The notes beneath the pieces were generated by a model. It ran no database searches and was not told the DNA's origin. It saw nothing but the letters and a program-made list of their open reading frames with translations. Source: Lama guanicoe (taxonomy: Eukaryota). Taken from it: 64,000 bases of DNA. This document shows, piece after piece, positions 34,977-46,946 of the stretch (positions within the stretch are counted from its first letter, which is position 1; each line of letters starts with the position of its first letter). The stretch lies in assembly GCA_013239625.1 (NCBI GenBank), contig MU054220.1, forward strand, positions 6,855,367 to 6,919,366, given 5' to 3'. Both the position numbers and the translations under genes were made by a program.

Positions 34977-35949
34977 ATTTTAACTGAGCAGCAAAAGCTG
35001 CTCAGCAGCAAAAACCATTAAAACTTGATGTTTTCGTTATTAAGGAGTATGAGAAAGCAGATTCTGGGCTCAGCCACCAGCAGACCATGTCATGATCTAT
35101 ACATATGCTTCTCTAATATCTATGCATACGCTTTCTTCTGGAACCTCAAAGTTGTATCTAGTTACAGTATCCACACTTAGTCCAGGAAACTGAGGGATAG
35201 GCAGTCCTTTCCTACAAGTTCTGATATAATTTTATGTGATTCAGAGACCAACAGATTAAAATTTTCAGTTATTAAATGCTAACACATCTAATACGTTAAA
35301 AGTAAGAAAGAAAATTAAAGCTCCCTTTTCAGTAAAGGAGAGAATATGAAACTCAAGGGTGGTCATGGGTGGAATCAAAATGATCAAGGCTGGGCAGGAG
35401 TAGTGAAAGCTCGTTGCTGTGGTTCTGTCATTCAGAAGATCTTCATTATCCATTCATCTCCATGTCCGTATTTTAGAGGGGAATTAGAAAATATAGCCTT
35501 CTAGGGGCTATAGCTTTGCTGCAAGATGAAGAAAACAGAAAATATTTTTAGGATTAATAGTCGTAGACCTGATACTATCTTGGTAACATAATTTCATTTA
35601 AATTTGTTAATCACCTGGTCCTTTGGCTCATAGCCCATCCTCAGTGTAAATAGCCATGTCCAGCAATGTCATCTAAGGTGTATTAAGCCATACTTGTTTA
35701 AGATAGTCAGAATCTGGAAACAGTGTGGCACTAAGTGCCAGGCTGGATGCATGTAGCCTAAAGAAAATCCTGTTAGTCATCTCGTAATACTGACGGACTG
35801 TCATGGAGCAAAGAGGCGTATTTGTCTTGTGTTGTTTGAAGGCAAAACAGTATCTAGTAGAAGTAAATTATAGGAAGGCAGGTATTGACGAAACTTGAAA
35901 GAATCAAAAATAGAAACAAAATGAAAGAAAAACACCCTTTCCAATAATT

Positions 35950-36100
35950 GGAGCTGCCCCAAACCTGGAAGTCTGCCTGGTGAGTTTCCCTCACTAGGTT
36001 TCAGGGCTGCCAAGGAGAGAATTTCTAGTGTGGGATGTTAAATTAGATCACCTCTAGGGTTCCATCTAACCCTGCCTTGTATATTTCTATGATTCTGTGA
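35950..36100 (+). mobile_element. MIR3/L3-type ancient 3' end fragment
   Basis: GAGTTTCCCTCACTAG...TAGATCACCTCTAGGGTTCCATCTAACCCT...TTCTATGATTCTGTG tail. Confidence 0.55.
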
Positions 36101-36673
36101 AACCAAAGACAAGAATTGGACAAGTATTGATTCGGAAGAACCCAGAGAGGCATGAAGCAACTACAGAAACATATCAAATTGTCTTGCAAGATGCCCTGAA
36201 AGATTTATGCTACTCCCTTAAGAGCAGCCAAAATGTTAAGATTGTTCAATCTTCATCTTCTAGTTGACCCTTTGATCTACTTGAATTCCTGACACAGGGT
36301 TTTTGTGGCCATTTGATCTACTTTGGATTCCTAACACAAGGAAGTTGTCATGAAACAAAAGGTCTCTATAAATTACGTTTTGTTCTTTAGGAAATATATT
36401 TGGTTCTATAGAAATTGTGTTCATTTTTTTGTAAATGCGTGTTTAGTGAGTCTTGGTATCTGTGTTGTTTGGCGACTTGGGGACAGTCATCATTAGTGAC
36501 GTCTAAATCCATGTTGTATTTTGAAGTTTTCTCTTTCTATTGCTTTGCCTGTTCACCTGAATAGTGTGTGACTTTCCTGTCTGCACTTGTCTTCAAATTC
36601 AAAATGTTAGGCTGAGTAGTTTGATAAGGATACACTGCTGTGAAAAATGTAAGGTTAAAAAAATTTGATATTT

Positions 36674-36811
36674 GGAGGAAGGTGTAGCTCAGTGGTAGAG
36701 CCTGTGCTTAGCATGCACGAAGTCCAGGGTTCAATCTCCAGTACTTCCATTAAGAAATAAAGGAACCTAATTACCTTCCCAAATAAATAAACAAAATTAA
36801 AACTTTTTTTT
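36674..36811 (+). mobile_element. Camelid tRNA-derived SINE (Vic-1-type)
   Basis: Pol III A box TAGCTCAGTGG (36685-36695) and B box GGTTCAATCT (36728-36737), tail AACCTAATTACCTTCCC (36764-36780), then an A-rich end. Degraded TSD AAAAAAATTTGATATTT / AAAAAAAGTTTTATTTT after a TT/AAAA site. Confidence 0.9.
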
Positions 36812-36884
36812 AAAAAAAGTTTTATTTTCAAGAAAGTATATGAGACATTTGAAAATTGAATGAATGCATCTAAGGAGTGAGAAA

Positions 36885-37170
36885 AGCATTTGCTTATTCA
36901 GTATTTATCTACTGAGTTCTTGCATACCTACCTTGGGTCAAATGCTGCACTTGGCGCTATAGATAAAATGGTAAGGAAGTCAGACACAGCCTGTTTTTGA
37001 TGTACATGTAGCCTAGCAGCTGGGGAGTAATATAAGATAAATTGTGAAAATGCAATGATAGGGAAAAAATTGTTCCTAGAGAGATCACAAAAAGGAAAAC
37101 TAACCTAGATTTGATAAATCAAAAAGTGACATCATGCTGAAGCCTGAAATACGAGTAGGAAAAGAGAAGC
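36885..37170 (-). mobile_element. L2 LINE 3' fragment
   Basis: CATTTGCTTATTCAGTATTTAT.TACTGAG...CAGACACAGCCTG...ATGCAATGATAGGG...GCTGAAGCCTGAAATACGAGTAGGA. Confidence 0.75.
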
Positions 37171-37239
37171 GTGAAAACACTGTGCTTTACTGGTTTCCCA
37201 GGTACCCTGTCCTCTCTGTCCTAACCTAACCTCTAGGAT

Positions 37240-37578
37240 CAGGGCAGGTTTTCTGGGACCCAAATGCCATCAAATTTTTAGAGGAACAAACAAACACATA
37301 ATTATAAATACACAACAGGATACAAAATCAAGTAGTTATTTCAAATGAAAAGAGGAATCATAGGAACATTCTGAAATTTTAGATACTCAGATTCTTTTGA
37401 AGGTTTTGTGGACCGCTTTTTCAGAAATGCTTATGTAGATATGCTCTCTGATGGCAACCCAGCTTTCCCTCCCCACCTAGAACATTCTGTGGCTCCAAGT
37501 AACTCTCAGCGCTGGCAAGGCACTATGCAAGTAAGGGACCTTGACGTTTCATTAAGTGTAAAGTAAACCCACCGTACT
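37240..37578. mobile_element. MER115-like hAT-Tip100 relic
   Basis: Ends TGCAAGTAAGGGACCTTGACGTTTCATTA...GTAAACCCACC, resembling the recalled terminus; family assignment tentative. Confidence 0.45.
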
Positions 37579-37669
37579 AGTGACTCTTAATTCAAAAGTA
37601 ACACAAGGTAGAAGTCCAGCCTTATGTGTTATGATTTTGGGGAATTTGCTGCATATTCTTAGTAAAAGC

Positions 37670-37870
37670 CACACTTCAGGGACCAAGGTGATGTCACAGG
37701 TTCTGATTTTGACACACTTGGGTTTGAATTCTGGTTCTGCTGGTGATCAGCTATGCAAGCTTAGGCATGTGGATTAAATTCTTTGAGACTCAGTTTCCTC
37801 ATCTATAAAATGGAGATAATAATTAGACCCCCCCCCATTTGGAGTTCTGGTAAATTTAAATCACCATGAC
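37670..37870 (+). mobile_element. MIR SINE
   Basis: CTTGGGTTTGAATTCTGGTTCTGC...CTTTGAGACTCAGTTTCCTCATCTATAAAATGGAGATAATAAT. Confidence 0.9.
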
Positions 37871-38154
37871 AAACACATCATAATCACTATCATCATCATA
37901 TATTTAAATGGAGAACATCAGGATTTATAAACATGAAGATATAATATGCACAGAATTTATACACCAATATTATAGTCACATATAAATTTACAATAACCTT
38001 GTTGTTAACAAAGTGTCTCCATGTCTACAATGTCACCAGGTCTCACCTGCTGCTTTCTGCGAGGACTGCTGTTCATCTGGGCTATTTGCTGTCAGCATCC
38101 ATTCTGACTACACAATGCCCTTGCCATACTTGTTGTTGGATGTTTTTAATAGAA

Positions 38155-38330
38155 TTCATTAGAACAATATAATAGATTTTACCCCGTCTTAATTTTTTTG
38201 GAAGTTTTGAAGACTGAAACTGAGAAGAATGGCTTGCCCAAAGACCCATGCAGTACAAAGGAGTTGATGTACCTGGATTGGAAATGAACTGACCGACTCC
38301 AAACCCAGTGCTTATTCCATTATAGCAAAA
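38155..38330 (-). mobile_element. MIR SINE fragment
   Basis: GAAGACTGAAACTGAGA...GGCTTGCCCAAAGACC...GACTCCAAACCCAGTGCTTATTCCATTATAGCA. Confidence 0.75.
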
Positions 38331-40119
38331 CTCAGTAGCTCTTTTGACATTAATCTAACCTCAGATCATCTTGGAATTAATCACGAAAGTCAAATCAGTT
38401 AGGTAGGGCAATGTCAGAAATATTCTAAAAGGCAATACTTTTGCTTCTTTCCTCCAGTGGAAGAATCACTGACAGAATCAAAGATGTTTCTGTAATGAAG
38501 AGCATTGCATTTTACTTTACATGACAGTGGGGATATGCTAGAGCAATGCCTTATGGCAGACTGAATGACGACTGAATTGAAGGGACTGGTGAGGAAGAGA
38601 GGAATTCATCAGTTTACACTGAAGGAAGCTATGGTTAATTAACATACAAGTAATGCAATGAGTCCATTCCTAGCATTGATGTCTTCATCATTACTGTTAA
38701 TTCCTTTCCTCGCAACCCTTCAGCCTCCACCTGTAAGGTGCACCAGTGGATTTCATACCACACAGTGAGAAGCCCAGGTGTTTCGTTTGGGATCCCCTCC
38801 TATCACCAGAGTAGGGGAAGGAGTTAAAGGGACTAGTAAAGTGTCTAACATCCTTCTGACATAACTGACAGCAGTAGGTGTCTATTTATCTCCTTTATAT
38901 ATTGGACTTGTGCTTAAACTTTCCTTTGAAAGTGTGATGCTTCTCTGGAAGTAAGTTTGTAAACTGCTGTGTAAGCTTCCAGGGCCAGCACCTAGCTGGA
39001 AGACCAGCCCCACTACTTTCTAACTCTGATTCTGAGTAAGTTACTTCACTTCTCTACAATCCAGTAAAAACTAACGTTAGGGGGTTGGAAATCCCTTCAC
39101 CGAGAGTCGGTAAACAGGTGAAGTCAGATATGTGTTGTTGCCTTTTCACCTGTAGAATGAAGCCATCAGTGTTGGTTGGTCTGCTGCGATCCTATCAATG
39201 CTATATTTGACTGCCAGTCGTTACACCTGCCTTAAGAGTATAAATATTCTTGATAAAGAAAGGCCAAAAGCTTCAGGTGGTTACTCATAAGAACCGTCGC
39301 TCCCTTCCACATGCTGAATTGCCTAATATTGCCTAAATTTAAGTTGACTCTGTAAGGTCCCACTACAGTAAATTGTTTGGACAACCTGACTACAAAATGG
39401 TCCGTCAGCAAGCCAAACAAATCACACATAACTCAATTAAATCATATAAAGAATCAGAAGCTTCATCTTTTGTTACTTATATATATATATATTTTTTTTT
39501 TTTTCTTTTAAGAGGAAGCTTGGGTAATGTTCTAACTCTGATTTTCTAAGGGTCCATACATAGTCTTCCTATTTATGCCTCCACTAAACCAGGACTATTT
39601 CTAAGGCTCAAATCCAAAGTGAACTGTCTAAATGTCTAACATAGTGTAAGGTGAAAAGTCAGGGTCCCTGGGTCCCCTTTTAAGTGTTACTAATCCTGGC
39701 CAATACATTACAAACTGTCTATTTTTTCACAAAAACATGATCTGTCTGACATTTTATTCCTCTGACAAAAAGCAAGCTCAGTTTACTCTTGCAGTATGTG
39801 ATGTTAACTTGTTTTTACAACTGTAAGAACTCTGAGAATGAGATTAGAGATTCATTGCTAACGGATATCCAGAGACGTCTGTCTACCTGACAACACAGTG
39901 CAGTTTGGACATTTCCGATTTATGGTGTTAGAAATAATTTTCCTGTTGAGATCCAGGAGCAGCTCTACAACTGGAAGGACAGAGCAAGAACTTGTCTTCA
40001 AAGTAGAGATGGTTATTATATCTCATTTATCCTTTACACCATGTGCTCCAGTGATGAACAACTAATGGCACACCGTGTCTTGAGACTAGGCCTACAATCT
40101 AATCTCAGGGAGAAGAAAG

Positions 40120-40475
40120 ATATTCGTCCGTTTAACTAATACTTAAGAAGCACCTGCTATATGCTGGGAATGTGAATAAGACAAACAAAATCCTGACCTT
40201 GAAAAATTTACATTCTTGAGCAGAAACAGGGATCAACGGGAGATAAATATATAAGGAGATCAGGATTTCTCTCTGAGATGGTGATTCCATGCTGAATAAG
40301 GAAAAGAATGCACAGATGAGCCATTCAGAGGTGTTGGGTCAAAGAGTTCCAGGAGGAGGGAAATGCAAAGGACCTGAGGCATAAATTAACTCATATGTTG
40401 TATAAATACAAAGAGGGCCAGTGCTGCTGGAACAGAGTATATGGGGTTAAGAGTAGTATGAGCTGGAATGTTGGA
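40120..40475 (-). mobile_element. L2 LINE fragment
   Basis: GCACCTGCTATATGCTGGG..GTGAATAAGACAAACAAAATCCTGACCTT...GAGTTCCAGGAGGAGGGAAATGCAAAGGACCTGAGGCA. Confidence 0.85.
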
Positions 40476-42619
40476 AGCAGCATTTCTCCACCTGCTTATC
40501 AGTCTTTTCATTGGGATCTTTACAATCCTATTGTGTGGCTGAACTCTGATTCTCTAATAATTATGTCCCCTCCCTTAAGCCCTTTACATCAGTGGAGCTT
40601 TTCTAACATTTAATATCCCCAGATTAACAGAAGATGCTATTTCAAAGACTAGTAATGCAGTCTCTGAAATTTTTGCTAAGAGCACCTTCAACAATTTAGA
40701 AATAATAAAATAACTATGTGTTGCAGTTCCAGATGTTATATTTCCTCATAATATCCGTATGTAGTTACAGACAGTTAGAGAATTAAGTGCAGGTGCAGGT
40801 AAGGGGAGAGGCATAGATCTGTACATTTTTTTCCCCAAATGCAGTCCTTGCCCTTTTTCGCCCTGAATCAGTGCTCATAAAACGGATTCCTCGTCACTGG
40901 TCTAATTCAATTTCCAGATTCATAAATGTGTAAACAGAGGTTCATGGAGGTGAGTGACCAAATTGACAAATGAGAGGTTGGCACGTACCCTTCCTTACCT
41001 CCACATTCTGCAACTTTGCTGCTGATATTTCTACACCATATACATTGTTTTGTTTTGTTTCTGAAAGCAGGATTGATAGTGTGCCTTAGCAAATGGGCAA
41101 AAAACCTGTTCAATGTTCCTAGAAAGTCTCTATATTTAGGCAAGCATACCATCAATGTAGCCACATAAAAAATGATGCTTGAATTGATCAGAGGAAAATG
41201 TGGTCCTCTTCAGAAACACATCCCTTCCCCTAATGTTCACAGTTTGCAGGAGGACGTGTTAAGAGAGAGAAGTCTATATTGTATCCTCAGAGATTTACTG
41301 TGTGTCAGGAAGATCACTTAAATGCAATCCCCAAGTGGAAAAAAACCTTTGGTGCTTTTTTTAACCAAAGCACAGATTTTCCTTATGGGTGAGGGGACCC
41401 TGAAATGAAAGAGGAAAGCCCCTGTCTAGTGAAGGTGGTCATGTAGTCTAGAACTTACTGCTGAGTTTGTTATATTGTTCTCTCTTCCCCAGAATGTACA
41501 ATGCACCTTGTATGGTTTTGAAGTAACAATTTTTTTTTTTTCCTGGCGGAAAAGTTGCTCCTGGAAAAGGAAATGAACAAATCTCATTGCTGGTGATGAA
41601 TAAGAACAGCTCTGAAAAAAAATATTGTTCTCAGTGACAATTAAAGTTACTATCAAGGAAATTAAATGCTTTAGTGGCAGTAAGAATATAGTGTGGTTGA
41701 TTGGGTTTATTATAGGAGAAGACATATCATATCCACTATTTCTATAATGAGTTCAATGTTAAGTGAGCGCATCCTGGGGAGAGAGGTTAGATTCTGCATC
41801 ATAGTTAGAAAGGTAAGTGTAGCCAGTAGAGATTTAGATTGAACATAAATATTTCCACAGCGGAAAAGAAGTGCAAGTGACAGATGATATCCCACCATCA
41901 AAGTGCCAAGTGGCACAGCCCAATCAGGATTTGCAATGAGAGGTCTCGATCTGAAGTCATTGTTAGAACTATTGAGAGTATAAATGCTGATTGAAATACA
42001 ATAAAAGGGTCTTGTTAAAGCACACAAGTGCTGATTGGAGCTCAGTCGTTGCTCCAAAGGCAGCTGCAACAGAACAAAAGTAATAGTAGACCTTGGGGTG
42101 GGGGTGACGAGGGAGAAGGGGCAGTACTGGAAAGAGAAAGGAGAGGAAATAAAAAACAGTCCCCACCAAGCTTTCTGTTTGAAGCATCAGCTATCTAAGA
42201 ATTCCTAAACTCTGGCCATTGACCTGAAATCTAAAAGCAGGGAAAAGGAGTCTCTGAGAATCCTTTGACTTTGAAGATGAGACTGCAAAATATTTGCTTC
42301 CTTTCTTTTTTTTTTTTTTTTTTTAGTGTGCTCATAAAAAGAAAACACCACTTGCGTTTCTAGCAGGCTGCCTTCTGATCTCCTGAACATTCCCTCGGTC
42401 CCAGTGTGTGATGAGTGGATTTTATGAGTTCTGCACGGGGATCATGGTTAGGAGAAAGGGAGAAAGGGTTCATTCAGTCATTCATTTATTTTTTTCAGCA
42501 ATATAATACATCTGGCTAATGGAAATCTGCCAGGAAATGGTTTGACCCCATTCTAAAAGAGAGCAACCCAGAAAGAACCACCTATTCTGGGTTTATATTT
42601 GCTTTTAAAAACTCAGCAG

Positions 42620-42853
42620 ATAAACAAGATTGGACTGTGTAGCACAGGGAAATATATACAGGATCTTGTGGTGGCTCACAGCGAAAGAGAATGCGGCAAT
42701 GAATGTATGTATGTTCATGCATAGCTGAAACATTGTGCTCTACACTGGAATTTGACACAACATTGTAAAATGACTATAACTCAATAAAAAATTTACATAT
42801 AAAAAATTGCAGTTTAAGAATTTTGTGTTTTAAAATTAAAAAAAATAAAGAAT
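42620..42853 (+). mobile_element. Young camelid-type L1 3' tip with extra downstream sequence
   Basis: TAGCACAGGGAAATATATACAGGATCTTG...TGTGCTCTACACTGGAATTTGACACAACATTGTAAAATGACTATAACTCAATAAA. TSD AAAAACTCAGCAG (42607-42619) / AAAAACTCAACAG (42854-42866) at a TTTT/AAAA site. Confidence 0.93.
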
Positions 42854-43712
42854 AAAAACTCAACAGCCACAGGGCCTTGAACCACGGGTAGAGCGGTCAG
42901 CACATCAAACCAAGATCGTCACTGAGGCACATGCCCTGATGAGTTACCATCTGATACTCCGTCTGCTCCTATTATTCCTCTTCCTTGATGACGAAAACCA
43001 AAAATCAATTCCTCTAGCCTCACAGTTTCTACCGCTTTTCTCCATGATACCTTGGCTTTGGGAAAATATAAATTAGAAGTGAATGGAGGAAGGAAAAGCT
43101 CTCTGGTCTCTATTCCGTTGGGCTATTACTTTTAAAGTACAAGGAAGATCAAACTTTAATTTATAGCTGAGAGTTCTCCATGGTTTAGTCCCTCTGCTCC
43201 TTGCCCATATTTTCCTCTCTCATTATAGATTGATGATGGTGAGCAACAGAGTTTTTCTCAGTGGTGGTACAAAAAACAGTCAGTGGAATGTGTGAGGATT
43301 TTGTCCAGCAGGAGTTGGGATGAGAGAGAAAGTTCTGGTTTTAGAGACAAGGAAAATGAAAGCAATGAGATGCGCTTGTACCCCCCGCCCTCCCCCAAAC
43401 TTCCTTTGCAGCCACTTTCTGTGCAGGCCACTTAAAATCTGTATGTTTGTATCTGTATATGTCTTCTTCTTTCTCTCTCCCTCTCTCTTTCTAAGAGGGA
43501 TAGCAAATAAACACACAATGGTTGAGGACATATTGGTTTGGAAGATGGCCAAAGATAGAATTATTTATCAAGCACAGCCATTTTCATTTTTTTTTACATT
43601 GGTCTCTGGAGCTACAGCAAATATCACGTGTGATTTACTGTACAAAGAAATGAGAGGAAGTAAGTGCAGCAACCTCTGGATGCCAAATGCCATTTATAAA
43701 GGTGTTTATAAC

Positions 43713-43910
43713 TGAAAGGGTTCTTAAGGATCAAATCCGTGTCATCAGAATCACCTGGGAATCTTCAAAAAATTAGTGTATCTCAGCTTCATCTCTTGAA
43801 ATCCATCTCAAAATTCTGATCAATCAGTTTGCTGGAGGAGATTTGCATATTTAATTTTTTTAAAAGGATGTGTGTAATTGTGATGCACACTCAGAATCGA
43901 GAATTTCCAA
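43713..43910. mobile_element. MER5A/B-like hAT-Charlie element
   Basis: CATCAGAATCACCTGGGAATCTT...AATTCTGAT...ATTTGCATATTTAA...GTGATGCACACTCA. Confidence 0.8.
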
Positions 43911-43941
43911 TAACCCAGCTTTTTTTTACACAGGAGGGAAT

Positions 43942-44510
43942 TGTTTTTGTTGTCTGTTGCTGCATAACAGATTACCCAAATTTAGATGCTTCACACAACG
44001 TAAATGTATTATCTCACAGTCCTGTGGATCAGAGATCCTGGCACAGCTTAAGTGCTTCTCTGCTCATTGTCTAACAAGGTTTCAGCCAATTTATCGGCAG
44101 GGCTGTGTTCCTTTCTGAAGTTCTGAATACTTGCCCAAGCTCTTGTGGTTTTTGGTGGAATTCCTTGTGGTTCTGGGAGTGAGGTCCCTATTTGTTACTA
44201 GCTTGGCTGAGGGTGACCCTCTGCTCCTCCAGGACACTGCAGTTCCTTTCCACAGCCTTCTCAGAGATGCCCTCTTGGACCATCTGACAAGATGGTAGCT
44301 TATGTCTTCAAGCCCAGGAGGAGACCCTCTTGCTACATTCTAGCAAGATACATTCTTCTGTAATGTAACATAATCACAGCCTGACTGTCCTCATCATCTT
44401 TGTCATAGTCTGGTGGCTAAAAGCAAGTCTCAGATTTTTCTCACTCTCGAGGGAAATGGATTTAAAGATATGACACACTGGAGGTCACATCAGAGAGTTT
44501 GTCCCTCATA
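43942..44510 (-). mobile_element. MaLR solo LTR (MLT1E/F-like)
   Basis: CTGTTGCTGCATAACAGATTACCCAAATTTAG...ATTATCTCACAGTCCTGTGGATCAG...GAGGTCCCTATTT. Near TSD GGGAA/GGGAG. Confidence 0.85.
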
Positions 44511-45529
44511 GGGAGCTAAGTTCCAAGGAGCTAAACTGATCAGTTGGGTTTATATAACAAATTGGTGCAACATGAATAGTCTTATTAGTCAGGATGGTCT
44601 TACAGTAGCAAACAAAAGTAAAAATCTCTCATTTCTCTCTCTCCCTCTTTAATAGGGCATTCAGGGTGCCCTATAAAAGCTGGTATAGTGAGCATGTATT
44701 TCTGCATTCTAATTGAGCTTTCCATAGCATGTGCAAACGTCGGTTTATGGGTTTGCTCATTTTTTTCTTATCATCTAGGTAAAGTATTTGTGTGAAATTA
44801 CTAAAGAGTTAATTTACAAAGAGCCTTTGGCCCTAACATATGGCGGTGGTTTGGAAAATGCTACTTTCTGCTAAAGTATGATTTTTTGTGGAGAGTGCAA
44901 CCACATTTTGAATAGTCTGCACGTGTGACTGGAATCATTCATGTGGTAAACATTCCAGCCTAAAGGAAAGTGAAGTATTTGGCAAAAACCATGGATGGCA
45001 ATGTGAGCTGAAGGTATTTTCCCATTTTTAGCGTTTTTATAGCTACTTAAATATATTTTGGACTTAGCATTTCACAAATATGTGGAGGCATCTCAGGAAG
45101 AAGTTGGTTATTTTAACTGACCCGTGGCTAAGATAACATAGACAAGTCTGAAATTTTGTAGATTACCATCTGTCTCTAAATCTCTAAGGTCTCCTAATTT
45201 TGCAATTGGGAAGTTCTTTCCAATCTTTTTCTTTCCTATTTAATTTAAAGTTATTCCATCTTGACGCACCAGTAACAACCACAGGCATGTGTTGAATGTA
45301 TTTGGGGAGAGACTTTTTCTGTTGCATTATCGGTGTGTTTAAATACGGGTGCTATGATTACAACTAGCTACCATTCTCCTCGTGCCCCAGGTGTAGTTCC
45401 TAATGTTAGTTCATCTCATTTGATTAAAAAATTATTTTTGAGACATTGAAAACATTCAAGTATGTCAATGTAATATTGTCAGACCTGTCTTATATTGGTT
45501 TTTTTGGAAAGAAATATAAATTTGTAGTT

Positions 45530-46440
45530 ACAGCTGATTTTTTTTATTACCCCCAATCGTGACCTGCTGTCCTTATCAGATGAAAATAATCAGGCTAGAG
45601 GTAACTACTATCCTGCAGCATTTATGTATTCTCAGTGTGTATATTTTGATACATTTATTCCATATGTATGTATCTATAAAGTTGTATAATACTGTTTTAT
45701 GCTTTTCGTTTGCCCATAGTTTATAGATATACTTTTTCACCTTGCTGTTTGCACTTAATATTACAAAGTAATTCTAAGAAACTAGCTCAGTTATTCTGAC
45801 TGCTGAATGGTAGTATTCTGTTGTATAAGTCTAATATGAGTTATTTACCCATCTTTCATGGAGGGCATCTAATTATTTACCATTACTCATGATTAGAATA
45901 AATGCTTCAGTAAACATCTCTGGACATGTCTGTATGTACTTCTGTGGGTGTGTTTCTCCAGGAAAGTTGTATTTTAAACTTGTGGTACTCTAATCCCACA
46001 GAAGTAAATATATTTTATCTTGGGATCTAAGACCTGCACACACGCATATATACCTATATGTGGAAAGAGACTTACCTTTAACTTTTCTGCATTCACACGC
46101 ACACGCATTCACATACACATGCGCACACACACACACACACACACATATACACATGCGTATGAAAAATATGAATACAGTTTACTCCGGGATTTTGTATTCT
46201 ATTCTGATGTGGGTAAATTAAAGTGGGTAAAGGCCCACTGAATTGAATTGGCAATCTCTTGATGGGTTGTAATGATCTGTTTGAAAAATGATGGTGTAGG
46301 CTCTATACTTAGCAACAGAACTGCTGTAGAAAATGGGCATCCTCAGCTTCTTCATATTGCGGAATTGCTCTTTAAAGAGTTTTAAAAATGCACACACTCA
46401 CCAGTGGTGTAAATAAACTTCTATGCCCTTGTGTTGTCTA
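45530..46440 (-). mobile_element. Ancient L1ME-like 3' region, split by a hAT-Charlie element
   Basis: CTGACTGCTGAATGGTAGTATTCTGTTGT...AATAAATGCTTCAGTAAACATCTCTGGACATGTC, resuming CTATACTTAGCAACAGAACTGCTG...CACACTCACCAG. Confidence 0.65.
45963..46297. mobile_element. Non-autonomous hAT-Charlie DNA transposon with an internal (CA)n tract
   Basis: Degenerate inverted ends (TTTTAAACTTGTGG... / ...CCCACTGAATTGAATT..GATGGGTTGTAATGATCTGTTTGAAAAATGATG). (CA)-rich tract at 46095-46155. Confidence 0.55.
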
Positions 46441-46465
46441 TTTTCTTCTCAGTTTTCTACATCTT

Positions 46466-46946
46466 GTGTTTTTTTTTAATTGAGGTATAATTGACAAATA
46501 AAAACTGTATAGATTTTAAGATGTACAGCTTGATATTTTGATGTATATGTATATTGTGAATCATCACCACAAACTAATTAACATATCCATCACTTCACAC
46601 AGTTGCTTTTTTCTTTCTTTCTTTTGTTCCTTCCTTCTTTCTTTCTTTCTTTCTCTATCTCTCTTACTCTCTTTCTCTTTTTTTGTTGTAAGAATACTTA
46701 GAATCTAGCTCTTTAGCACATTTCGAGTACACAATACAGTATTGTTAACTACAGGCATCATGCTGTACCTTAGATCTCCAGAACTTATTCATCTTGTATA
46801 ATCGAAATTTTGTGCCATTTGGCCAACATCCCCTGCTCCCAAGCCTGTGGCAACCATCATTTTACTCTGTGTCTCTATGAGTTTTGGCTATTTTAGATTC
46901 CACGTGTAAGTGAGGTGATGCACTCTATGTCATTCTGTATCTGGCT
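46466..46946 (-). mobile_element. L1MA8/9-like 3' end
   Basis: TTTTAATTGAGGTATAATTGACAAATAAAAACTGTAT...CATGCTGTACCTTAGATCTCCAGAACTTATTCATCTT...TTTTAGATTCCAC. Probable TSD core CAGTTTTCT (46450-46458 / 46951-46959). Confidence 0.88.

Larger units (their letters stand above)
33165..35090 (-). mobile_element. Old MaLR LTR (MLT1J/K/L-like) split by a young L1
   Basis: Right half CCACTTACAACTCACTGGCCAGAACTCAGTCACA...GAAGCCTGGAAAATGTG; left half GTGGCTTA...ATGATACCATCAG. The halves join across the L1 TSD. Confidence 0.7.

Noticed and set aside
36271..36341. CRISPR-like repeat-spacer unit
   Set aside because: Only two diverged copies with a 12-bp gap, eukaryotic context and no cas genes.
36680..36750. 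Functional tRNA gene
   Set aside because: Has A and B boxes but a poorly paired acceptor stem, a SINE-specific tail, an A-rich end and a TSD; it is a tRNA-derived SINE.
39114..39153. Hairpin ACAGGTGAA...TTCACCTGT as a pre-miRNA
   Set aside because: Only a 9-bp stem with a poorly paired 22-nt interior; too short for a pre-miRNA and no recognisable mature sequence.
43280..43715. 131-aa ORF and overlapping antisense ORF
   Set aside because: Runs through C-rich, CT-rich and T-run low-complexity sequence; no domain or exon support.
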